A stretch of 62,462 bases of DNA, the filler included, from Sphacelaria rigidula (Eukaryota): assembly GCA_964200075.2 (NCBI GenBank). It is 4 parts of 4 records of this genome, joined end to end, with 100 filler letters (N's around TTAATTAATTAA, not from the genome) between each part and the next. Parts side by side here need not be neighbours in the genome. Positions count along the whole stretch, not along the records: positions 1 to 15,543 come from CAXNAA020001704.1; positions 15,644 to 31,185 come from CAXNAA020001705.1; 2 more parts are not named here. One strand, given 5' to 3'. Both the position numbers and the translations under genes were made by a program. Below the pieces are notes generated by a model. It saw only the letters and a program-made list of their open reading frames with translations. It made no database searches and was not told the DNA's origin. Numbering within the stretch: the first letter of the stretch is position 1; each line of letters starts with the position of its first letter. Below, piece by piece: positions 13,869-26,689 of the stretch.

Positions 13869-14319
13869 GAACACGGGATCTTCAAAATTGGGGATGGATC
13901 TTTTGTTGGGGATGAGAAACCCGGAGGATTAAAATCTCCGCAGTATCCACATCAAATCTTCGAAATATGGTTCTATTTCTTCACCTGCTAATAGCTATTG
14001 ACAACTGTTACATGCCATAGAAATTTGGATTTCGATCACCGAAATGTTGGGGTCCTAGGTGAAGAACCATTTTTTGGGAATTCAGGGTGTCCGAACGGAC
14101 GCCAAAATTGTCCCGAAGTTGTTTTTTCCACCTAGGACCCCAACATTCCGGTGATCGAAATTCAAATTTCTAGGGCGTGTAGAGGTTGTCACTAGCTATC
14201 CAGAAGTTGAACAAATGGAACCATATTTCGAAGATTTGGTGTGGATACGAAGATTTTAATCCTCCGGGTTTCTCATCCCCAATGAAAGATCCATCCCCAA
14301 TTTGTAAGATCCCGTGTTC
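13869..14319. mobile_element. Foldback (palindromic) MITE-like element, ~450 bp with ~190-bp imperfect arms
   Basis: gaacacgggatctt...ggggtcctaggtg on the left is the reverse complement of cacctaggacccc...aagatcccgtgttc on the right. Related arm fragments lie at 15644-15690 and 46925-46980. No clear TSD. Confidence 0.85.
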
Positions 14320-15543
14320 TTGCTCTTGCGTTGCGTTGTCGCGAGCTTTATACCCTGTCCCCGAGCCAAGGAAGAAGCTTTTGCAGAGAGACGTTTCGTC
14401 GGTTGGCTGATACTAAAAGATGTAAGGTGCGGAGTGTCACAGGAATTTGCGTATACACGTTGTGCACCTGTGCGATGCAGGATGGCTTCGGTAGGACTTC
14501 ACGAGCACAGGCAGGACTTGTTTTTTTCCCAACACCCAAAAATGGGGAGAGAAATCAGCTGTTGACAACGGTTGAATGGATTTCGTTTCACGGCTCTTGT
14601 GGAACCCATGACAGGCAGACGACTCCATCTCTGAGTGGTTTAGAGGACCAGCCGGGGTGAAAGAGGCAACCAACCCCATCGCAAGAGCAAGCATCAACGG
14701 CTTGAGGTAATTATAGGGCGAACTGATTGAATATTTTCAGTCCCGAGATACCCCTCCACGAGGCCTAACATGCCCTCCGTTGTAGCTTGCCGATGTACTC
14801 CTCGATATATTTCGAGCTTTCTCCGCTGCGCAAATCCCATGCACACTGGCAGATTCGGAATTTGAACAGCAGAGGAAGCTCGAAATATATCTTCACTTTG
14901 CCCTCCATTTCATCCGGGAATTGGGCAAAAAGAGATTCATTGCGAACAGCGTCAGCTGAGCATATCCCGCATACTGCACCGTTACTAGCGTATGGGATCC
15001 GACACGCGAACCAAATGGTTGAAAATAATTCATCCTTTTGCCCCCCAGTTCATGTATACGTGGGCTAAAGGATGAATAGTTCTCAACAGCTTTTGCTGAA
15101 TAGAGATCCAGCACACAGATCACGTGTGTATGTCCACACGCCTGTGAGCTTTGGTACGGCGCTTTGGCTCAAGGCATGGATGCCGGGTGGATGATGTATA
15201 CCTCGCATATCAGTCCACATAGCTTGTGAGAACCTCGTGCTCCAGTGTCTACCAAAATCACTCAATCGAGAATGCTCTTGTTTATGGAGGTCTTTACTTG
15301 ATAGTTATTAGAAGCACAAAATATTCACCTAGCCTATAACAAATCGGTAACTTAACATGCCACTCGTCTCGTTCTCGTGGACGAAACCGTGAATTCAATT
15401 TCCACTACTGCAATCTCTCGATCATTTTTTCTGCCTGTACCATGCCCATTCTGTATGGAGTATATTGTATGTAACAGTGTTTTCGTGAGATTGAGAGTAG
15501 ATGATACGATTGAGAGTGGCTTTGATCATTCGCTTTAAGTGAG

Positions 15544-15643
15544 NNNNNNNNNNNNNNNNNNNNNNNNNNNNNNNNNNNNNNNNNNNNTTAATTAATTAAN
15601 NNNNNNNNNNNNNNNNNNNNNNNNNNNNNNNNNNNNNNNNNNN
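15544..15643. other. Scaffold gap with artificial TTAATTAATTAA linker (also 31186-31285 and 46825-46924)
   Basis: Three 100-bp N blocks share an identical central 12-mer with stop codons in all six frames. Confidence 0.95.
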
Positions 15644-15872
15644 TCCTCCGGGTTCTCATCCTCAATCAAAAGCACCATCCTCAACATAGATGGTTGGCTG
15701 TTTGCAGCTGTAGGACGCTTTACACTCTCAGAAAGGCCTCAACTAGTAAACCAAGTCATTCCAATGCGTCAACATCCGCCTAGCCCTCGTTTCAGGCGTA
15801 AAACGCCGAAGAAGGGCCAAAAGGGCAGTTTTGAACAGGAATTTTGAACGGCTTCCATTAGAGTCGGTCTAA

Positions 15873-16061
15873 GGGCCTGTCTTAGCACATGGGTTTTCGA
15901 TCGAGAGAATGCGGTGAAAAACAAAAAACCTGATCTGATAGGTCATGATTTCAACCATCTTCAAAATAAACGACGGTGGTTGAAATTACGACCTGTCAGA
16001 TCAAGACTTGTGTTTTCCACCGCACTTTTTCGATCGTAAAACTAGGTGCTAAGACAGGGTT
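15873..16061. mobile_element. Palindromic Tourist/PIF-Harbinger-like MITE, 189 bp
   Basis: The arms cctgtcttagcac...gatttcaacc and ggttgaaatt...gtgctaagacagg are reverse complementary. TAA flanks both sides (15870-15872, 16062-16064), the TSD type of PIF/Harbinger. Confidence 0.7.
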
Positions 16062-16199
16062 TAAGTCCAGGAAAAGAGAAGAGAATTTGCAGCTGGACAC
16101 GTGAAGTATCAGTTCCTTGGGTACAGAAGGGTCTTCTTTAAATTTCAGCTCAAGAGTCGTCGAATTGGACCGTGCGTTCAACCTTTTCCGTGACGCTGC

Positions 16200-16275
16200 T
16201 GCATCCCTATAAATCAGGTGATGGGAGACTCCAATTATGGAGGTCATGAGTTCGAATCCTGACTGATTCTTTTTT
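16200..16275 (+). repeat. Degenerate tRNA-derived SINE head
   Basis: B-box-like GAGTTCGAATCC followed by a T run, arranged like the 55 kb SINE heads. Confidence 0.35.
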
Positions 16276-16464
16276 TTTCGTCCGTCGTTAAGTTCATACA
16301 TTATGCGGTACATTTTTTCATTTTATTTAATTTTCAGCGGCGGTGCCGTGTGTCACCAGGTTGGTCTACACTTACTTCACAGTGATACGCTTACATCGGG
16401 TTCATTCGGGAGACTGGGGAAGCTGTGTTGTGAGCAAGCAGCTTTTGAGCTGGCCCGGCTCGTA

Positions 16465-16635
16465 GCAAGAAAGGATCTGTTGTGAATTCCAAATGTGGCA
16501 TGGTGCATCTCACTACAACTGTGGGAGAGGGTCGCTGTCCAAGGGTTGAAGCAAGAAAGGATCTGTTGTGAACTCCAAATATGGCATGGTGCATCTCATT
16601 CCAACTGTGGGAGAGGGTCGCTGTCCAAGGGTTGA
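16465..16635. repeat. Direct tandem duplication, 2 x ~86 bp
   Basis: gcaagaaaggatctgttgtgaa...gagagggtcgctgtccaagggttga occurs twice with few mismatches. Confidence 0.95.
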
Positions 16636-19600
16636 GTGTGGTGTCGAACACCTGCATATTGCTTCCAACAACTGGATGGAGTCAAAACCACTCGATTCTA
16701 GTGTGTGATAATTCCTTTCAGCTTTCAGGCGCTCAGAAGTTAAAATTTCCTCCCCGGAGGAGCGGGGGTTTGGCATCCAAAATTCCACTTCACCCATACC
16801 CTCGACCCTGCAACTACGCAAATATCGCTTCAAAAGAAGTCGCTGGGGGCTCAACCCACCCAGCGGCGATATACATGTACAGATACATATGTATATATAT
16901 ATATGTAATCAGAAAGATACAAACACACAGACGACGTTGAACCCTTCGTTGATCGACGGCTCATCAGGTAGAACGAATATTGCTGTCACATATATAATTT
17001 TATAAGGTACTAGGCGCACACAAGACAGGTCGCCATTAAGCCGGTAGAAACATGCAGTATCATACACACAAACTCGAGACCCACACACATGCAGCCGTTA
17101 ACATCTCCCCCCCCACCCCCCACCCCCCACCCCCGCTGTCACCCACCCCATCGACCCTTTCCCATCTTCCCGCCGCGACTTAGTCAACCCTTGCTTGTTA
17201 TCGGCCATTCTTCGACCCAAGCCACATCAAAACATATACGTTGCGCGTGCAGATTATCCGGAACAAAGCTATAATAATAATAGCATCTTGTACACCACTG
17301 TGGTTGTAGATGTGAGACAAAAACCAACCCAGACCAAACAACAGAAGAAAGGGAGGGGGGAAAAAAGAAAATGAAAAAATTCGAAAACAAAACTCAACAA
17401 CAAAAACAGGAGAAGGTAAGAAAATAGAGACGACGAAAACAAATCCGACCACCACACACTCCCCCTCTTCAGTCCTCTTCATTTGTTTTTCCCCATCATC
17501 AGTACTTGTCATTGCACCCAAGATGAGCGGAGCAAGGGGATGGGGATAGAGGGACACTCTCAAGAACGGGGAAAGGAGGGAGAGGGGGAGGGGGGAGGAC
17601 GAAGAAAATAACACTTACTACGGTAACATTATCGGTATCATTTGCACAGCAAAGAAACGTCAAACAAACACGAGTCGTAACATAGACAGGGACACCCAAA
17701 ACGTATGTATGTTTAATGCATAAGAAGGAAAAAAAAAGAACACTGTTATGAACTCGAGATTCGAGACGACACCATCTCCATCTCTTTGTGCGTTTTCGCT
17801 CTTTATTTGCTGAACGTCACGAAACTAAATGGGGGGAACAAGCCGGTCAACGGTATTTGCTGCATGACCTTCACGTACACTTGTCTCGATCGATTGGTTC
17901 GAGACAATATTTCAGAAGAGCCATCCCGAGAAAACATTTGCACGCAAACAGGTTCCCGTTCCCAAAAAAACTTCTCAACTCACTGACACTCGTTCCCGCC
18001 ATGGAAGGCGTGTGTGTGGCAACGAAACTCCATGTCGAGAAAATGGTGAAAGTGCACCAGGGGGGTGGGGGAGAGAGGGGGAGAGAGAGGGAGGGGGGAA
18101 GGGTAATCTTTTCAAAGACATGAAAAAATATGAAAATGCACGGGCGCATCCAATATAGAGACGGTATTGTAACAGACAGACGTTGTCACAGGGTGCTCCC
18201 ACTAGCATGCTTTCTAGCTCAAAGTTATGCTTTCGTCATGTTTCACTTTGAAACTCCCCCTCGGTTTTCTCCCACCCGCCAGTCACTAACCGTACGAAAA
18301 CCCCAGCACTACTAATTTACCGCCAACAAAAACAAGTGAGTACCCCAGACCGTTTTTTTTACTCACTCAGGATCTGGAATAAAAATAGAAACCTGAAACT
18401 GCAGAATTTCTATCTTGCCATGGGGGGGGGGGGGGAGGGGGGGAGACACAAAACACACATGAATGCACAGTGCACAATCATGCACAACACACACGGAAAT
18501 ATGGGAGCGCGCGCACGCAGCGTACGCGCCACTATATTGTACACATACATACATCGCTCTCGCTCTTTCCTCAAATTGCACTCAAATTCCCTCGCTACAT
18601 TCATCGATTCATTCAAGCCTATTTCTCTTTGCTGAATGCACATCGTCTTCCGTTTTATCGCGGACAAGCGCCGCCGAAGTGATGTAAAAGGTCGCAAATC
18701 GGAACGGCAATCCCCTCCCTAACCAACGCCCCAAGCACATACAACCCCCATCTCCCTCATGCAACCGTCCGAGGCATAATATTCCCAGCCCATGCATTGA
18801 ACCCAATATATTTTCACCCACATAGCCCGCACATCCCACCCACACAAACCTCCCCCCTTCTCTTCACATGTTCGACCCCTCCCGCTACCCCTCAACCGAC
18901 CCAAGGTACCATCCCATCAAGGCTCTAGCCACTTCTTCTGTGTGAGCTTCCCACGTGAACGCGCGCACGTTATCATACCCCTGCTGTTCGAAAGTAATCT
19001 TCCTCCAGCGCGTATACACGCCACTCCGAACGAAATCGCATACGCGTCTCCCCTCCCCCCCCCTCTTCGAAAGCTAGTCACTTCAGTTCACGACCACGCA
19101 CATGGTCTCAGTCGGAAGATAACTAACTTCTTCATTTTTCACAGGAGATGACACTGTCCTCAACAACACGAGGATATAGAGAAGAGCAAAAAAATAAAAA
19201 AAAGGGGAAAATAAAAAAGGGGGCAACAAGAACCCATGCTATGATGATGGGGGGGGGGGAAAAAAACAACGAAAGTATTTAGACGTATGTATGTCATGCA
19301 AGAGACGAAAAAAACGGGGAAAAAAGGGGTCGTTCACTTTTCTGATGATAGAAAGAACAGGAACGCGATGGTTGGTCTTCTTGGTTGTGCGAAATCTTGT
19401 TAGCCGCCCACATCCACTTGATAAATATTCGTTAAGCTTTTTAAAAGCGATAGCCAACTACCTGACTGTGCAAAAGCGACCAACGCTTTCGATTCTCTAC
19501 GCAGACTGGGGCACCACAAGCCCTGCCCGCCCTATTCACGTCGCCCATGTTTGCGTGCGTGTTTCCTCGTCTCCCGGCACGATCATACACACAACACGTA

Positions 19601-21408
19601 CAAGCACACCCACACACCCACACAAACACTCAATTCTGGGCCATACTCATAAGTTACAAGCTGAACTTCTATAAAAAAACTCAAGTAAAAAAAGTCAGCC
19701 GGTGTTACTCTTCTCCTCTCTTCTCCGAAAGTTCGCGTAACGACACGACGGCGATGCGGCGCGCAGTCAGCCAGAGATACCGTGCAGACGGGAGTCGAAA
19801 AGGGAACAAGAAAAAAAACGAGCGAAAAAGCACGAAAGAAGAAGAAAACGAATCACGAGCACCCCCCTACGGACAACGAGAATATGGCATCTTCATCACA
19901 CTCACCTACTCACCCCCACCCTCTATAGGCTATGTATGCGGCGTAGCGCAAAATGAAGGAAACAAAAGAAAAAGAAAAAACGGAGGAGGACGTAAAAAAG
20001 ATATTATGGTTTGATGACGAATCCCATCACATTTTTGCTCACCATCTGTGACGCCTTCTAGGGCACAAGCCGCGCAGACACACCCGAGCATTTCAACATC
20101 ACGGGATGCAAAAGTCAACAAAAGCCAGTATGCCTGAAACGCCGGCTTCTCGAGTCTACCGTAAACGCGGCGCTACACAAGACGAATGGGGCAGGGGCCG
20201 CAATACTACACAGAGAACACAGGACACCCGAACAACCGCGGCGATAAACCCACCACAGATGGGAAGAAAAAAAAAACGGGGCACAGTTATAGTTCTCCTG
20301 ACACGATGAACGGATCAACCCTCTCCACCTCTTCCCTATCCCCCCTCCCCCCTCCATGCCTTGCGTGCACCTTCTCGCCATTGACATTAGAATGGTGAAA
20401 AGCAGAGAGAGGGCGGTATCGTAACCCAACCAAGAACGAGCAACAAGGAGCCTACCTGGGTGCAGAAAACAACCCATACAAGAAGCTCCGGAATCATCTC
20501 GACTACTCCCTCCCCTCCCCTCCCCGTCTCGGCCGCCAAACAAACACGAACATTTTGGTCTGAAACCGATATATCTCATTTGGGCAAAGACCACAACCTC
20601 TAGCTGAATACACCCCTCCGCCTACATGCAGGCGAGAAACTCGGAGTTTCTCTCATGCATAACGCAGACCCAAATCGAAACAGCGTTACAGTACATTGTA
20701 CACCAGCACACATCCCTTTTCCCGTCTCTCGCCCCTTCCCGTGTCCTCCAAACCCCCTCGATGGTATGGCGGTCAGAGTGCGGAGAGCGAACAAATGCCT
20801 AATCATCCCTTCTCGTGCGCCAAGTAACCAAACTCGCTCTCGAGAACATGGCAGCCGTATCCGCAGGAAGCACGCGAAGCGGCGCCGACACACACCGGAA
20901 CAGCACCATGGCATACCGAACACAACGCAGCCCGAACAGGGGGTTGCATAGCCTCAACACACCACATACATAAATTCCATCCCTCTTCGACAACACTCGA
21001 CAAGAGACCGCGAATTTTTTGGTGGTACGAGGAGGGCTCGGGAACACGACAAAAGGAAAGAGAAGACGCTTGGGTAGGAGCGGACGAGAAGAAGCAAGAA
21101 AAAGAAAAGAAGACACGACAAAAAAAAACACGTGCATTCACGGAATTGGTATCTTTAATCCTGAACCAACCCAACACCAACAAGACTCAACGCACAAGGG
21201 TATGGGGTGCAGGAAGAGCACACAGAAACTACGTGGGGACAGGGTTCAACAATCATCAAGCACTCGAGGATACAACATGCCGTCGCAGCGAAATGCGCTC
21301 GGCATCCTCCCCCCCCCTCCCAGTCGACATCGCCGCCACTACGCCACACGCGACTTCTACTCTCAACACTCGCGCGCGCGCTCTCTTCCGCACACGCGCA
21401 CGCAAAAA

Positions 21409-24400
21409 TCAGCTGGCGAGAGACGATTGGGCCGCAGCGGAAGATGCGGTGGAGGTTGCCGTTGTTGACTGCACGCCGCCAGCGCTGGCAGCCGAAACCG
21501 GCCGCTGCGGAACGCCGGCCAGGCTTTGCGGGAACAGCGCGTCCCCACTCGCTGTCCTGAGCGTGGGAGGGAGGGGCTCCCCCGTGCCCGCATCCGTAGC
21601 GACAAGCTTGTTGGCGATCTTGCACGGGTCCTGGAACAGGCGGTCGTACTTGGACATCCAGTGCAGGAACGCGACGAGCGCCTGGCCCACGTCTCCGTCG
21701 GCGCGCTTGTTCACGAACTCGTGCAAGGCCTGCGGAAAACAACACCACGCAGACAGCGATCAGACGGACGGAGAACCGCGGGACAAGAAGGGGTTACTGA
21801 ACGAGTTCAACGAAGTCACTGCTATAGTTACTGTATACTGCATCGCAATTCACTCGCTGCACACAGCAGACATGGACAACTGAAGGAAGACCCGACCCGG
21901 CGAACATTTAACGTCAGCACAATCGCACACATAGCGTACAGCGTCGTTAACCAACATCTCACTTCCGATACCGTGATTTCCATAAAACGCGTGCAACGGG
22001 ATCGGGATATACAGCCAACATCGGCAAGCGGATGTCAACACACAACGAGACAAGGGCACACTCTGCCGCACGCCGGATCATGTACATGACGAACCCTAAG
22101 CCTCGAACTCCACAAAAGCCAAAAAAACGCCAACATTAGAATAAGTATGAGTACCATACCTGATACGCGTGTCCAGAAACACGAATGAAAGCTGTGTGCT
22201 GCGAGGTCCTCCACGGCGTTGTCCCGTCGAGAGCGTCCATGAATCCCCTCTGGCCCGTCGCCGCCGAGTCACCAACACCCGCGGAGCCGCCGTCCTCGGC
22301 CTCCACGCCACCGTTCGCGTCAGTAGCGGAGGCAGATCCTTCCCCAGCCTCACCCCAAGACAACACCGACACGTCGCACGGTCGGAACTCGTTTCCGGCC
22401 ACGTCAAACTGAATGTAGGCCACGAACTGTCCTGCGCGCACCGCCTTCAACCTGTACAATACCCTCCGCAGATCGTCAGCGCCGCCACTGTCGGCGCCAG
22501 TCTCACCTCCGCCCACGCCGTCCGGCCTAGAACCCTCCGGCTTGACCGAGGAATCCGATGCTACGCCCCCTACTGCTGTCGCCGCCGTCCCATTCACCCC
22601 ACAGGCAGCCAGAACAGAGCCGTTCGCGTTGTTGCTCCTAACGTGAGTGTACTCCGCTTCAAGGGAGAAGAGTCGCCCTACCTTCGCCTTTAACAGCGCT
22701 ACCATCTCTTCCCCCCCCCCGTGGCGAAAATCCGCCGTGGCAGGTTGCGCCAGCAGGTTGTTCGACGCCGGGGGCGCCGCCGCGGCCGGCGACGGGGACG
22801 CCCCCCCCCCATTTTCCGACCTCGAGGACATGTGCCCCGCCGCGCCGATTCCAAGTCCGCCCGAACCAGCACCGGAGTTCCCGTTTCCCGCCGCGTCGCT
22901 ACCTCCCCCCGAAGTGGCCGCTCCCGCACCGCCAACTCCACCCGTCGAGTCACCTCGCGCAAATTTCTTCCCGGGTGGTCTGTCATCCTCCTCCAAACAC
23001 TCCGACTTCGGTCGCTTGAGCGAGCTGTTAGGCGAGGCGTTACTATTGATATCGCCGCCTCCTCCACCGCCACCCATCGAGTTTGGGAGAGAGCTCCCGA
23101 AGTTGGTGGTGGAAGAAGCAGTCGCGAGTGGTGGGAGAGTCGCACAGCCAGAGGCGAAGCCATCCAGCAGGCGAGGCAGGGGGCCCAGTTGATGCGCGAT
23201 AACGTCCGAGAGCACCGCGGGGTTGCCGGGAGCTGTGTCTGCTGCGGCAGCCATGGCCTCAAATGCATTGTTGGCCTGAAGGGGAAGCAATAGAAATCGA
23301 CCGGATTTGGGGAAGCGAAAGGGACAAGAGAGGCGAGAAGGTGAAATGCTTAGCTTGTCCATTCAGCACGCAAGTAGCACATTGCACAAACAACGATGTC
23401 TTCTGCTATGACACCACCGTAGGTCAATTGTTTGCCTGACCAAGAGACCAAGAAACGAACACAAGGGGGGTAAACTAACCTGGCGACCAAGAGTCTGTCC
23501 CACGTTTCGCAGACCACCAGCGGTTACCGCAGAGGTATCGTAGTCACCACTGCCGGGGCCGAAAAGGTCATCATCGACACCCAGCTGGGCCGCCGCCGCG
23601 CGAAGGTCAGCATCGACGCCGCCGCTCAAATAGGGGCGAGGAGAGTCAGGCCCTGTCACGGACCCCGGCGCTCGAAAACCAAGCGTGGTCGACACACCAT
23701 TAGCGAGACGCCCAAGGTTGGTCGCTGCAGGACCTCCTCCAGCCACCATAGCGGCGAGTCTGTCCACCACGGTTTCAGGCTGTGGCTGGGACTATTCCGG
23801 AGGACAAAGGGGACAAAAGCAATAGGTATACGGAAGGGGGACGGGCGAGTAGGGGGAAGGATTTGAGTCAGTGGAATAAAATCAAAATAAATATATGGTC
23901 GGCATTTCAGGTATGCAGAGTGAACATACCCATAGTATACCTCCACACGCCATCAAGACAATGAACGTAGAGGGGCGAAGTCACGATGACTGAATCGAGA
24001 CATGGCGCGCACCTAGCGCGTGTTGTGCACATGCACACACACGGGCGCTAGTTTTACTTCGCGAGCTGTTTTCAACATTCAGAACGGTCAACCATCACAC
24101 CCAACACGAGACCACTCATTTTGGAGAAAGACACGAGATACAGAACCACGAGACAAGCAAAAATAAAATAAAAAAGTGACTGCACGACAGATTCACACAA
24201 AAGCGTACCAGCATTACGGGAGGTCCCGCGGCGTCAGCCTGTCCGACTCCGTTACCGAGCTGCACGTCCAGCCCACCAGGCTGCTGCTGCTGCAGCATGT
24301 TCTGCATCTCTGGCAACAGTTGTTGCTGCGTGAGCTGCTGCGAATGCTGCTGAGGAACGCCGCCAATAGCCGAAGGCCCAACGGACGGAGTCATGGATCC

Positions 24401-24917
24401 AGCTGAACCCGCGGTTCCGCCGTTACCGTCGCCAGGACCACCCGCGCCGCTGGCAGACGCACCGGCCGCTGCCGCCGCTGCTGCGGCAGCCTGCTGCCCT
24501 TGGGATGTCGGCACAAGGGCGGCGCCCGGTCGTGTAGTGGCACCGCCGCCGGCGTTGCTACCGCTACTGGAGGATACCTGCGGTTTGGAGGTGCCCCCGC
24601 CTAACGACTCTTCAGGAAGGCTATTGGTGGAGAGCTGCGAATTTTGGCGGGGTGGTGGATGCAACATGTGGTAGCGAAGCAGAGGGAGAGGGGTGATGTA
24701 AATGATAGATACATTCGGCCCTTGAGGAAAAAAACAAACTTTGACGAGATATGATCAGTGAGCATCTCGGGGAATGGGGGGAAAGGGGGGGGGGGGGGGG
24801 GCGGGCGACAGCAACGACAAATGCAAAAAAAACGGGGGGGTCAGACACCCGCCGACCACCACACTTGNNNNNNNNNNGGTTAAATATGTGAATCTGGTAG
24901 TTTGCGTGGAAGCGGTA

Positions 24918-24965
<48 letters not shown>

Positions 24966-25469
24966 CGGAGCGAAGCAACCCACAATTGCAGCAACACGAG
25001 GTTGTTCACGCACCAGCACGTCAACACACATTCCGGATTTTCACGTTTCGGATAGTAAACTGGAAAATGCATATACTGACTTAAACACATATTCAACCAT
25101 GACACTTCATCCAGCTCAACACGAAGATTCAACGATTGTGAAGAGCGGAAAAAAACATGAAACCGTCAGAAAAACGAGGCAAACATAACCAACTTACCCA
25201 ATCGTCCCCTTCGAGCGGCATGCCGTCCAGCGGGAATGGGTCCAGGTCGAAAAAGTCGTCAACCGGCATGTCGAAGTCGCCGCCGGCAGCGTCGAGGCCC
25301 GCCGGGAGATTCTCGTCGAGGGGTGCGACGTCCAGGGGAGTAGGCTCAAGGTCAGCCATGTCCACAGGATTCCACAACATGTCGGCAGACGCCGAATTTC
25401 CGCGGTGCATCTGAGCAAGCTGAGACGAGGGGGGGGCGAGAGACGCTGAAGCAGATGTGCTTGCCAATA

Positions 25470-25504
<35 letters not shown>

Positions 25505-25581
25505 GCAGCCTGCTGCTGCTGCTGTGCAGCCTGTTGCTGCTGCTGCTGCGCCGCTGCCGCCTGTTGTTGCTGCTGTTGTTG

Positions 25582-25618
<37 letters not shown>

Positions 25619-25635
25619 GCCGCTGCCGCCTGTTG

Positions 25636-25672
<37 letters not shown>

Positions 25673-25794
25673 TGCTGCACCGCCGCCTGTTGTTGCTGCT
25701 GTTGCTGTGCGGCCTGCTGTTGCTGATGCTTAAGCTGTTGACGCTGCTGCTGCAGTTGCTGCTGCTGCTGCTCCATTTTGAGTTGCTGCGCAGC

Positions 25795-25833
<39 letters not shown>

Positions 25834-26658
25834 CTGTTGCGCCATCTGCGTGTCAATTTTTGTTTTGCGACGAGATAAGAGCGGAGAAAATAATGTCAAT
25901 GTGTCCCCAACAGAAGAACCGAACTCCGACAGCCCCCGCAAAACAAAATATTCAATATGAGGCTCATGTTCTCACAAACGATCAAGCTTGCTCCATAAAA
26001 CTCGCAAGTTTGCACGATGTCAAGTACGAATTATTACACAAACGGGAAAAAAAACATGGGAAAAGGGGGGGAAATCGCAAGCGTCGTCGAAAGAAAATCA
26101 GGGTACCAATACGCGACTAGAGAGCATTTCGGTCTCACTTGCTGGATCTGCAACTGGTGGTGAGTAGATTGACCATGCTGCTGCTGCTGCTGCTGCTGGA
26201 GCAGCTGCTGCTGGAGTAGCTGCTGCTGCACTTGCTGCTGCTGCTGCGCTTGCTGCTGCTGCTGCTGCTGCGCTTGCTGCTGCTGCTGCGCTTGCTGCTG
26301 CTGCTGCTGCTGCTGCGCTTGCTGCTGCTGCTGCTGCTGCAGCTGCTGCTGCTGTTGGATTAACTGCCGCCGACGAATCAGCTGTTGCCCGACAGAAAAT
26401 GAGAGGCGATGTGGAGGGGGGCAGAACATGAGGGCGGAATACTAAAATCAAGGGTTTTCTTAGATCGCTCCCACTACTGTCTCCAAAATCCCGGCAAAAG
26501 CCAAGATGGCATGCATGCCGGCGTCACGATCCCGCAAAATCTACTCTTCATCGAATATCCGACTGTTGCCCCCCAGAGTGCGGCTGGGACAACGGACACG
26601 GTGCTCGTTCACTTGCCTGGACCTGCCGTTCTTGAGCAGCCTTTTGTTGCTGCAACTG

Positions 26659-26689
<31 letters not shown>

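Noticed and set aside
15544-15643. TTAATTAATTAA palindrome inside N runs (3 times)
   Set aside because: Artificial six-frame-stop scaffolding linker.
25455-25878. Poly-Cys, poly-Ala, poly-Leu and poly-Ser ORFs
   Set aside because: Alternative-frame or antisense readings of the CAG poly-Q exon.
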